From Bacteriovoracia bacterium (GTDB lineage Bacteria; Bdellovibrionota; Bacteriovoracia; Bacteriovoracales; Bacteriovoracaceae): a DNA stretch of 64,000 bases. The position numbers and the translations under genes are program-made. Where the stretch lies: assembly GCA_046570105.1 (NCBI GenBank), contig JBKHVI010000004.1, forward strand, positions 32,001 to 96,000, read 5' to 3'. The notes beneath the pieces were generated by a model, which searched no databases, was not told the DNA's origin, and saw only the letters and a program-made list of their open reading frames with translations. Each line of letters starts with the position of its first letter. Positions within the stretch are counted from its first letter, which is position 1. Below, one piece after another: positions 1 to 8,285 of this stretch.

Positions 1-846
1 GGATTCAAGTTGCTTGAGTCCATCAGCCACTGCTTCTTGAAGTGGCGTTGCCACTGAAAATGTGACGTACTGATGAACCAGTCGAACAGCTTGAGAAAGA
101 GATCCAGGAGCACAGATCCAACCGGTTTTCCAACCCGTTAAACCAAAAGTTTTACCAGCAGAGCTAATGGTGAATGTGCGCTCATACATCCCAGGAAAAA
201 GAGCGAGCGGGTAATGTTTGGCACCATCAAACAAAAGAAACTCATAGACCTCATCACTTATAACTAAGAGGTCATGCTTCACAGCAAAGCGCGAGACCAT
301 CTCGAGCTCACTCTTCTCCCATACTTTGCCCGAAGGATTGTGAGGGTTATTTACAATGATCATTTTGGTTTTGGACGACACAGCTGCTTCGAGCTCAGAC
401 TCAACTACTGTAAAACTCGGCGCGTGCATAGTCACTGGCACCGCCTTGCCGCCCGCCATTTCAATTGAAGCGACATATGAGTCATAGAATGGCTCAAGGA
501 CAATCACTTCATCTCCTGGATCAACACAGGCGGTAATGGTCGTAAATAAGGCCTCAGTGGCACCCACAGTAATTGTGATCTCAGATTCAGGGTTATAACT
601 AAGCTTATAATAGCGTTGATAATAATCACTCACCGACTGACGAAGCGAGGGTGCACCCATAAAAGGAGCGTATTGCCCGTGCCCTTGCTGAATTTTTTCC
701 TGAGCGATTTTTTTAAGCCATTCTGGTCCGTCAAAATCGGGAAAACCTTGACCTAGGTTCACTGCCTGATGATCTCGAGCGAGCTTAGACATCACGCCAA
801 AGATAGAGTCTTTAAAATGAGCAATTCGTTGAGCTGTTTTTTTCAT
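1..846 (-). CDS. PLP-dependent class I/II aminotransferase (YbdL/methionine aminotransferase-like), runs off the left edge
   Basis: Not in the ORF track. Reverse-strand translation from ATG at 846 gives MKKTAQRIAHFKDSIFGVMSKLARDHQAVNLGQGFPDFDGP. Later motifs are NNPHNPSG, SDEVYE and SSAGK. Confidence 0.85.
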   Translation of the reverse strand, partial: MKKTAQRIAHFKDSIFGVMSKLARDHQAVNLGQGFPDFDGPEWLKKIAQEKIQQGHGQYAPFMGAPSLRQSVSDYYQRYYKLSYNPESEITITVGATEALFTTITACVDPGDEVIVLEPFYDSYVASIEMAGGKAVPVTMHAPSFTVVESELEAAVSSKTKMIIVNNPHNPSGKVWEKSELEMVSRFAVKHDLLVISDEVYEFLLFDGAKHYPLALFPGMYERTFTISSAGKTFGLTGWKTGWICAPGSLSQAVRLVHQYVTFSVATPLQEAVADGLKQLES

Positions 847-864
847 GGAGGCCTTATAGCATAA

Positions 865-1881
865 CTAGAGGCGTGGATCCATGGCATCCCGCGTGGCTTC
901 TCCCACCAATGAGAGCATGGTGAGGGTCAAAAACATCGCCAAAGAGGGGAATACCGCTAACCACCACCCGATGGTGAAGTTTTGTTGGGCCTGATTCAAT
1001 AATTCCCCCCAACTTGGTGTGGGAGGCGTAAGACCAAAACCTAAATAATCTAGACTCGCCAATCCTACAATATTGCCCGAGATAACAAAGGGCGTGAAAG
1101 TTATGATGGGACCAAGAGAGTTTGGAAGTAAGTGGCGAAAGAAAATCCGAATATGGCCCGCACCAATGGCACGTGCACCTTCTACGAAGTCCATTTTTCT
1201 ATTTTTAAGAAATTCACCGCGGACATAGTAACTAATACTAATCCAGCCAAAGAGGCATGAAATTAACACAAGTAGAAGAAGAGTCGGTTTAAAAATAGCA
1301 ATCAAGATAATTAACAAGAAAAATTGGGGAACAGTGCTGAGAATCTCAACGATTCGTTGTCCCCAGAAATCAATCCGCCCACCCTTCCAACCCATCACAC
1401 CACCAATCACCGTTCCAATTAAAAAGGTGATCATCCAAACTAATACAGCGTAGGTCATGGAGTAGCGCAGACCATAGAGAAGTCGAGTGAGAATATCGCG
1501 GCCACGATCATCGGTACCAAACCAATTCTTATTTGAGGGCGGGGCAGGATATTTATCTAAGTTATAATTTGATTCAAAAGGATCCCACTTAACTACAGGC
1601 CATATAACTGAATCATTTTCGCTGAGTTTGATCGTGCGATAATCTGGCGCCACACGATTGAGTTGCCCAAAGGCACTCGCTGGGTACTCATTGATAATGG
1701 GAAAATAGCTTTTGCCAGCATAGCTTAAATAGATCGGTTTGCTATTGGCCCACCATTCAGCTGAAAAGCTAAAAAAACAAGCAACAACCAATGACCAAAG
1801 ACTAATAAAGGCCAAGCGACGAGACTTAAACCGTCTCCATCGGCGAAGCGAAATATCATTTTTTATCCAACGTTCAATCAT
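865..1881 (-). CDS. Peptide ABC transporter permease (YejE/OppC-like)
   Basis: FGTDDRGRDIL motif, EAA-like loop (FVEGARAIGA), LDYLGFG and PSWGELL, multiple TM segments. Confidence 0.9.
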   Translation of the reverse strand: MIERWIKNDISLRRWRRFKSRRLAFISLWSLVVACFFSFSAEWWANSKPIYLSYAGKSYFPIINEYPASAFGQLNRVAPDYRTIKLSENDSVIWPVVKWDPFESNYNLDKYPAPPSNKNWFGTDDRGRDILTRLLYGLRYSMTYAVLVWMITFLIGTVIGGVMGWKGGRIDFWGQRIVEILSTVPQFFLLIILIAIFKPTLLLLVLISCLFGWISISYYVRGEFLKNRKMDFVEGARAIGAGHIRIFFRHLLPNSLGPIITFTPFVISGNIVGLASLDYLGFGLTPPTPSWGELLNQAQQNFTIGWWLAVFPSLAMFLTLTMLSLVGEATRDAMDPRL

Positions 1882-2906
1882 GTGAAATCAATCCTTGGAT
1901 CAACGAGAACATAAGCAATATCACTCAAAAGGTTGCCAATCAAAAAGAGCACACTTTGAGCAAACACGAGGCCCATGATGACATTATAATCACGCGACAA
2001 AACCGATTTGTAACTCAAGAGACCCACCCCATCGAGTTGGAAGATCGTCTCTAGTAACAATGAGCCGGCAAAGAACACTGTTAAGAAACTACCTAGGCCC
2101 GTCACAATAGGAATAAGGGCATTTCTTAGAGCGTGCTTCAAATGAACGTTGCGCTCGTGCACACCTTTGGCACGTGCAGTACGGACATAGTCTTTTTTGA
2201 TTTCTTCAATCAGTGAGTTCTTCATCAAAAGAGTAAGAGAAGTGAATGAACCAATAGTGTAACAAACAAGTGGCAACACAAAATGGTGCAAGCGATCTAA
2301 TACTTTTCCAACAAAGGATAGATCTTCGTAATAATCCGAGCTGATACGGCCAATGGGGAACATATCTAAAAAACTTCCACCGCCTAAGAAAACAATCAAG
2401 AGAATTGCCAGCATAAAGGGTGGTATTGAGTAGGTAACAAAAAGGATGAGGCTGGATGATGTATCAAAGACACTACCGTGTCGCAAAGCTTTCATAATCC
2501 CTAAGGGTATTGAAATGAGGTAGCTCAATAACAGTGAGGCAATACCAAATTGCAAAGAGACCGGAAACTTCGAAACGATCACATCCACCACTGGCTCTTC
2601 ATACGTAAAGCTCTCACCCAGATCGAGGGTGGCAATATTTTTGAGCCAGATGAAATAGCGCATGTAGAGGGGCTTATCAAAACCATACTGTTTATTAAGT
2701 GCTGCCAGCACTTCATCTGAAACAGTACTTGAACCACGACCACCTGACTCTCCTCCAGCATTCATACCACCGCCAAAGCGCAACTGCTGGAGCTTTTGCT
2801 CAACTGGTGAACCCGGAGCAAGATTAATGATGGCAAAAACAATCAGTGTGACCCCGATCAATGTCGGGATCATCACTAAGAATCTTTTGAGAAGGTACTT
2901 ACCCAC
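1878..2906 (-). CDS. Peptide ABC transporter permease (YejB/OppB-like)
   Basis: DYVRTARAKG, HALRNALIP and DPRI C-terminus; 4-bp overlap with the downstream permease. Confidence 0.9.
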   Translation of the reverse strand: MGKYLLKRFLVMIPTLIGVTLIVFAIINLAPGSPVEQKLQQLRFGGGMNAGGESGGRGSSTVSDEVLAALNKQYGFDKPLYMRYFIWLKNIATLDLGESFTYEEPVVDVIVSKFPVSLQFGIASLLLSYLISIPLGIMKALRHGSVFDTSSSLILFVTYSIPPFMLAILLIVFLGGGSFLDMFPIGRISSDYYEDLSFVGKVLDRLHHFVLPLVCYTIGSFTSLTLLMKNSLIEEIKKDYVRTARAKGVHERNVHLKHALRNALIPIVTGLGSFLTVFFAGSLLLETIFQLDGVGLLSYKSVLSRDYNVIMGLVFAQSVLFLIGNLLSDIAYVLVDPRIDFT

Positions 2907-4516
2907 TACGGCACCAAGGTCCAGTACTGCGTACCTACACCATAAGTGAAAGTATCACGGGTTTTCTGGATGCGGCCGTTGTGAGCGTATAGCGTCGTTT
3001 TACCGGCAAAAATAAATAAGTACGGCGAATCGTTAGCAATCGTTTCATAGACCTTATTTAAAAGTTTAATGCGTTTTTCACGATCATGCTCTTTGCGAGC
3101 TTGGTCAATCATGCGATCCACTTCTGGCACGGCATAACCAATGAAGTTAGAGCCATTTTCTCCGATTGAAGCTGAATGCCAAATTTGTTTTGGATCTGGA
3201 TCTCCGGTGCCAGGTCCCCAGGCCAAGCGTACAGCATCAAATTTCCTTTCATCGATCAACTTTAAGAATGAGTTCCATTCGATCTGTTGGATATTGATTT
3301 CAATACCGACTTTCTTGGCTTCTTCTTTATAAATAGTGAGGTATTTCACATAATCCGGTAGAGGCTCGAGGATAGAAACCGAGAACTGCGTTTTTTTGCC
3401 TTTTATAACTTTATCCAAAAGACCATCCCCGTCGGTATCTTTCCAACCAGCATCCGTCAAAAGCTTCAATGCTCCCTCGGGATCAAATCCTACTGGCTTG
3501 AGTGATGATGGATGGAAATCACTTGATGGTTCAATCGGGCCATCAGCATGGGCCGAGAGATTGAACTCAAACTTATCCATCGCGAAATCGCGATTATAAA
3601 GTTTTGCCAATGCGACACGAACTTTTTTATCCGAAAGAATAGGATGACGAAGATTCCAACCGACAAAAGTATACCCTTTTGGAGCTTTGTTAGTTGTTTT
3701 AACCTTGAAAAGCTTAGTACCCCACTCTGGGCCATCGGTGCGCTTCATAAAGGCTTCTGGGCGAAGAGAAACATAATCGAGATCGCCTTTCTTAAATGTT
3801 TCAAGAATGACGTTCTCTTCAGTTAAAAAGCGCATAACAAGACGAGGATAGTTCCAAGTCAGTTTGTTGCCTTCCACCTGGCGTCCCCACCAGTCTTCGT
3901 TGCGATCAAAGACTATACGTTTACCTTTCTCGTATTGAGTGAATTTATAAGCACCTGTGCCAATCAATTTCTTTGAGAACTCTTTCTTGTTAGCCTGGTC
4001 ACCGTAAAAATGTTTCGGAAGAACAGTCAGTCCTGCAGCGACATCAAAGTTTTTGAAATAATCATCTTTCAAATAGAACTTGATGGTTTGAGCATCCACG
4101 ATTTCGACTTTTTCGATATTTTCGTAATAGGGACGCAAGTGAGCAGTTTTAAAATTCTCATCAAAAATAGCATCAAAAGAGAATTTCACATCTTCGACAG
4201 TGAGTGGTTTTCCATCATGCCACTTAACGCCTTCGCGCAATACAAAGGTATAAGATTTTTTATCTTTAGATACTTCCCAGCTTTTAGCGAGTGCCGGTTT
4301 CCACTGATAAGTCTCAATGTCGCGCTCAAGCAAAGTCTCTAAAACATAGGCTTGCACAATACTTCCCGCTCCATCATTGGATGAGAGTGGATCAAGTGAT
4401 GAGGGCTCACCCTGGGTGTTATTGATAAAGAATGTGCCCTGAGAAGCTTGCGATTTCTTTTCTTGGCAAGCTGCCAACACGGCCAACATAGCAAGACAGA
4501 TAACAATACGTTTCAT
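2906..4516 (-). CDS. Peptide ABC transporter substrate-binding lipoprotein (SBP family 5)
   Basis: Lipobox LAAC; LREGVKWHDGKPLTVEDVKFS family-5 signature; GTGAYKF. Confidence 0.9.
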   Translation of the reverse strand: MKRIVICLAMLAVLAACQEKKSQASQGTFFINNTQGEPSSLDPLSSNDGAGSIVQAYVLETLLERDIETYQWKPALAKSWEVSKDKKSYTFVLREGVKWHDGKPLTVEDVKFSFDAIFDENFKTAHLRPYYENIEKVEIVDAQTIKFYLKDDYFKNFDVAAGLTVLPKHFYGDQANKKEFSKKLIGTGAYKFTQYEKGKRIVFDRNEDWWGRQVEGNKLTWNYPRLVMRFLTEENVILETFKKGDLDYVSLRPEAFMKRTDGPEWGTKLFKVKTTNKAPKGYTFVGWNLRHPILSDKKVRVALAKLYNRDFAMDKFEFNLSAHADGPIEPSSDFHPSSLKPVGFDPEGALKLLTDAGWKDTDGDGLLDKVIKGKKTQFSVSILEPLPDYVKYLTIYKEEAKKVGIEINIQQIEWNSFLKLIDERKFDAVRLAWGPGTGDPDPKQIWHSASIGENGSNFIGYAVPEVDRMIDQARKEHDREKRIKLLNKVYETIANDSPYLFIFAGKTTLYAHNGRIQKTRDTFTYGVGTQYWTLVP

Positions 4517-4536
4517 TTGAAAGACTCCTTACGTGT

Positions 4537-5232
4537 CTATTTGTGAAAATATGAATCAGGATCGAGTGACCAGCGATCGACAGTGAAGTTATGTTCGTGA
4601 ATCCGGTAGGACTCCAGCTTACTCTCCACTTCATTTAACCGAGCTTCCGCTTGCTTAAATGCGACCAGCGAATTGGCCTTATCTTCTTCTAGGGCAGCAA
4701 GATCTTTATTCCACTCCGCCTCTAGTTTTTGTCTTAGTATTTCATAACGCTTGTTGGTGGCTTCGACTTTCTCAACATGAGCATCGAGATCTCTTTCGTG
4801 ATGGCGTTTTCTGGCCAGTAAAGCCATTCTCTTTTTTAAAAGGATCTCAACCAACTCATGAGCTGCTTTTAAATTATTCTCAAGATCCTTGCTCCAAAAA
4901 TGTAAGTAGCTACCCGTCGTTACATGCACGCGAAGTACACACTGAGCAAAATCAGGAACCTTTACCAGTAGATACTCATTACTGCGGGCCTCAACCACTG
5001 AAACACACCGCTGCGAAGGATAGGTTTCGTTCCAAAACTCAAGCCGATCACCTCGATTTAAAAATTTGGCATTTTTAAAATCAACACGAATACGAACAAG
5101 CTGAGCAATATTATTAATCCGCGAAACACGGCCAGGAAATGTAGCTTCAACAGCATTTTTTGCTGTTGTAATATCTTCCATCGCGAAAGCGTTGAGACTG
5201 ATTAAGAGTAAGAAAAACGGACTAAGTCGCAT
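4537..5232 (-). CDS. Hypothetical secreted protein with C-terminal coiled coil
   Basis: Signal peptide (..NAFA|M), charged heptad-rich C-terminal half, 20 bp upstream of the SBP gene. Confidence 0.7.
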   Translation of the reverse strand: MRLSPFFLLLISLNAFAMEDITTAKNAVEATFPGRVSRINNIAQLVRIRVDFKNAKFLNRGDRLEFWNETYPSQRCVSVVEARSNEYLLVKVPDFAQCVLRVHVTTGSYLHFWSKDLENNLKAAHELVEILLKKRMALLARKRHHERDLDAHVEKVEATNKRYEILRQKLEAEWNKDLAALEEDKANSLVAFKQAEARLNEVESKLESYRIHEHNFTVDRWSLDPDSYFHK

Positions 5233-5238
5233 AAGGTT

Positions 5239-5266
5239 ATTATGCCACTCCTGTCCTAGGAGCCAA
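5239..5266 (-). promoter_or_regulatory. sigma70-like promoter, leaderless configuration
   Basis: TTGGCT-N16-CATAAT with TG extension, 6 nt before the ATG at 5232; no RBS. Confidence 0.55.
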
Positions 5267-5296
5267 GGAAAGATTGAGAGAAACTTATTTGATCAG

Positions 5297-5965
5297 CTAT
5301 TGATTCTTTTGCAGAATGATACTGGCACGAAATTCTTTTTCATGAAGGGGCTCTTCATACTTCAAAACCCTCATACCAGGGAACATCTTAAGGAGCTCTT
5401 GCTCTTTAAGAAAATTATCAGCTGGATCATGGCGATGTGTCGGATGAATACGTTGGCGAACTGTGTGCGCTTCATAGATGAGTATTCCGCCTGGTTTAAG
5501 CCAAGTGCGAATTTCATCCAATAAATCACGATTTAAGAAATAGAAGCAAATGATCGCGTCAAATCCTTCTGGTGGAGCTTTGTAATCTTTCATTGAAGCT
5601 GTCACGGCTTTGATTTTTACACCGTATTCTTTGGCGAGCATCAAAGATTTTTTTACGGCAATTGAACTTATATCAACGCCAGTAACCTTGAAACCTTTCT
5701 GCGCGAGAAAGACAGCATTGCGTCCCTCGCCCATTCCCATATCTAGGACAGTTCCTTCAAAAGGAAGGTATTGGTAGTTTTCAGCTAAAAAATCAGCAGG
5801 ACGTTTACCAAAAACGAAACTTGGACGATTGTATTTGGCATCCCAAGCCGATTTCGACTCGGAATTCATTTTAATACCCGTCAGATGCTCAAAGCGGCTT
5901 GCTGGTAAAGGTTGGCGCGCAAAGCTTGAAAAGCTAATTAAACAAAATAGGAAAAATCTAACCAT
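5297..5965 (-). CDS. Class I SAM-dependent methyltransferase (TehB-like) with N-terminal signal peptide
   Basis: VLDMGMGEGRNAVFLA motif I and LKPGG. Start moved to ATG 5965 (MVRFFLFCLISFSSFA), giving an 8-bp overlap with the upstream gene. Confidence 0.8.
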   Translation of the reverse strand: MVRFFLFCLISFSSFARQPLPASRFEHLTGIKMNSESKSAWDAKYNRPSFVFGKRPADFLAENYQYLPFEGTVLDMGMGEGRNAVFLAQKGFKVTGVDISSIAVKKSLMLAKEYGVKIKAVTASMKDYKAPPEGFDAIICFYFLNRDLLDEIRTWLKPGGILIYEAHTVRQRIHPTHRHDPADNFLKEQELLKMFPGMRVLKYEEPLHEKEFRASIILQKNQ

Positions 5966-6482
5966 GGTCTTCCTTGTCTGTTTCATCTTCAGGAAAAGAA
6001 ATGGTGTCCCCTTCTGATGAAAACAAACCACCACCCTCTGCTTCTCTTAGATCGAATGCACTGCCTTCTGCGAGCTGAGAGTGGACACCGTCCGTTTCCT
6101 CATCTAAAGAAAGTTCCGCATCTAAGTAAAGAGCGAGAGTCGAATGAAGTTTATCTAGTCTTTTTGTTAAGCGAAAAATAGTTTCCTCAACAGTGCTTGG
6201 CATGTCTTCTGTCTGAAAGAGATACCACTTCATTTCATCGACCAAACTATAAAACTGATCAAGGGCAGCGATGGTTTCACTTGAACAGTGAGCTAAATCT
6301 TTAATGGTCGCTCGTTCATAGCGAGATGAAAAAACCCAAGGGAAATGATCGCGGGTTCTGCGCATAGCAAAGACTTCAACAAATTCTTTGCGACGAGACT
6401 TAACTCTCTGAAGTAGATTTTGCGCATCTAACTTAAAAAGTAATAAATAGCGTTGGGTGATTTCATCTTTATTGGATTTCAT
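5958..6482 (-). CDS. Hypothetical protein (helical, acidic C-terminal tail)
   Basis: 174-aa ORF with GGAG/GAGG RBS, in an operon-like arrangement. Confidence 0.7.
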   Translation of the reverse strand: MKSNKDEITQRYLLLFKLDAQNLLQRVKSRRKEFVEVFAMRRTRDHFPWVFSSRYERATIKDLAHCSSETIAALDQFYSLVDEMKWYLFQTEDMPSTVEETIFRLTKRLDKLHSTLALYLDAELSLDEETDGVHSQLAEGSAFDLREAEGGGLFSSEGDTISFPEDETDKEDHG

Positions 6483-6494
6483 ACCCCTCTCCTA

Positions 6495-6968
6495 TCAAGA
6501 CGCTAAACCGGGAACCTTAGCACGACGGCCACCTGGCCAGACGCGGGCGCGATTAAGACGCAATTCATGGAACCTCTTTAGTTTAACACAGAGAGTTTCC
6601 AGATTGAGAGGGTAATTCAAGAAGAAGTAGTTCTTTTGGCGATAAATCTTGCTGCCAAGATCTAATTTTTTAAAGCTGGAGAAATGAAAAAAGCTTAAGC
6701 GTTCTTGTCTAAGAAGCATACCCAAGATAGGGGCGATACTTTTTTTGAATGCATTGAATTGCAAAGCATGTCGACTTGAACAGATGACAGTCACATGTCC
6801 TGTCGCTGTCAGTGCGGCCAGACGTGAGACTTGATCAATTTTTACTGGAAGTAGCTTAATACCGTGTTTTGCGAGCTCCGCCGAAGTGGCGTAAAACATT
6901 TCATCAAGACGCTCTTCGAGTAGCACCCAAAAGAAGAAAGTCTCATTATTTTTTTCAGTCGTTTCCAC
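6495..6968 (-). CDS. Hypothetical protein
   Basis: 157-aa ORF with GTG start, C-terminal WPGGRRAKVP, preceded by a sigma28-like promoter. Confidence 0.65.
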   Translation of the reverse strand: METTEKNNETFFFWVLLEERLDEMFYATSAELAKHGIKLLPVKIDQVSRLAALTATGHVTVICSSRHALQFNAFKKSIAPILGMLLRQERLSFFHFSSFKKLDLGSKIYRQKNYFFLNYPLNLETLCVKLKRFHELRLNRARVWPGGRRAKVPGLAS

Positions 6969-6975
6969 GACTACT

Positions 6976-7003
6976 GTATCGGTTTAAATCAAACGACTCT
7001 TGA
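6976..7003 (-). promoter_or_regulatory. sigma28 (FliA)-like promoter
   Basis: TCAAG-N15-ACCGATAC on the minus strand, 7 nt before GTG 6968. Confidence 0.5.
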
Positions 7004-7757
7004 AGCGAGATCCAAAGACTGTCAGCGCCAACAAAAGGCCAAGACTGAGTGAAAGCATCGGACTTCCGCCGCTCCCTCCACCGCCGCCTGACATATCTAC
7101 AGTTCCGCAGCTTAAAGCTGATCCTGAGGTTTCTTCTGATTTAGCAGCCAAGGGAGAAACATAGCCGATTGCCTGACGTCTCTTCGTTTCAGCGACAGTC
7201 ACTGACATACCTTGCTCATCATCCCAATGGAGACCCTGATAGTTGACTTGAAGGCTTGGTGCCATGACGGCATCTCCCACTTCAGAGTGATCAAGTCCTA
7301 AAGTGTGACCTAATTCGTGAACCAAGACAGTTTTTAACTGAGTAGGAAATGAGTTGATGGGATGACTGCCATTAATAATAATTTCTGCACGAGCGACATA
7401 AGGGCCACTGGTGTAGCGAATCGCCACCGCTAAAGTGGTACTTTCAGAAAGTCCAGTTTCAGCAGCAAACTTTGTCGACCAGCGTATGATATTTCTATTT
7501 GAACTTGGGCTACCTTGCTGCGAAGAAACATTCCACAGCTGATCAATCAAGGCATCTTCCCATTCTGTAACAGCTTCTTCTGCCAATTGCTTGATCAGTT
7601 GAAGTCGAGTCGGATCAGTGTCCATCACCATGAATTGTACTGGCAATGAAGCCCAGTAAAATCCATTGCTGAAGTCTTCAGTCAGGCGATAAGCCTTAGC
7701 CTGACTCCAGGTGAGTACCATGAACATGAAAACAATAAACTTCTTCATGCGGGACAT
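6984..7757 (-). CDS. Matrixin (M10) family zinc metalloprotease, secreted, with C-terminal sorting-like tail
   Basis: HELGHTLGLDHS metzincin motif plus Met-turn (AVMAP); signal peptide; Cys, Gly-rich linker, TM and basic tail. Confidence 0.85.
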   Translation of the reverse strand: MSRMKKFIVFMFMVLTWSQAKAYRLTEDFSNGFYWASLPVQFMVMDTDPTRLQLIKQLAEEAVTEWEDALIDQLWNVSSQQGSPSSNRNIIRWSTKFAAETGLSESTTLAVAIRYTSGPYVARAEIIINGSHPINSFPTQLKTVLVHELGHTLGLDHSEVGDAVMAPSLQVNYQGLHWDDEQGMSVTVAETKRRQAIGYVSPLAAKSEETSGSALSCGTVDMSGGGGGSGGSPMLSLSLGLLLALTVFGSRFKSRLI

Positions 7758-7774
7758 CCTTTCCCATTAAACGA

Positions 7775-8101
7775 CTAGTTTGCAGCTTCTAACCAACAAA
7801 GCTTTCCTTTATTGAGTTGCACTACATACTGTCGTCCCACCTCAACATTGAGCGGACCGAATTTGAGGAATTCTACTTCCACATCTTCATTCACATTCAA
7901 TGAACCCTTGAGGGACTCTTCTATGGCAAACACGACCTTCTGTTTGCTCAAAGCATGCTGTGACCCTTCTCCTTCCGTGACCACACTTGCCACCGCTCTA
8001 AACTGTGTGGGGCAATCGATCTTAGGAGCGACAGATAATCCCCATACAGGGCCTGTCCAAAGTAAGCATGTAATGAACCAAGCATAAGGTTTTTCGGCCA
8101 T
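7775..8101 (-). CDS. Small secreted hypothetical protein (2 Cys)
   Basis: ORF with hydrophobic N-terminus; start is 8101 or 8128; 17 bp upstream of the metalloprotease. Confidence 0.55.
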   Translation of the reverse strand: MAEKPYAWFITCLLWTGPVWGLSVAPKIDCPTQFRAVASVVTEGEGSQHALSKQKVVFAIEESLKGSLNVNEDVEVEFLKFGPLNVEVGRQYVVQLNKGKLCWLEAAN

Positions 8102-8155
8102 CCGTGGTCTCCTGGTCAGGTCGGCCATCCTGGCCAGCCTTCTTGATTACATGTT

Positions 8156-8172
8156 TGCACGTCCCGGGCCAA
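8156..8172 (-). promoter_or_regulatory. sigma54-like (-24/-12) promoter candidate
   Basis: TTGGCCCGGGACGTGCA on the minus strand, GG-N10-GC spacing, upstream of the small secreted protein and matrixin genes. Confidence 0.35.
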
Positions 8173-8285
8173 GCGCAAGCGCTCGAGGGGTTTACGAATT
8201 ATCGACTAATTGGATGATGAAAAAGGGCAAAATGCGCCCCTATGCTATGGGGTCAGAGTGCCCCCTGGGGAAGAAATGTCCCCTC

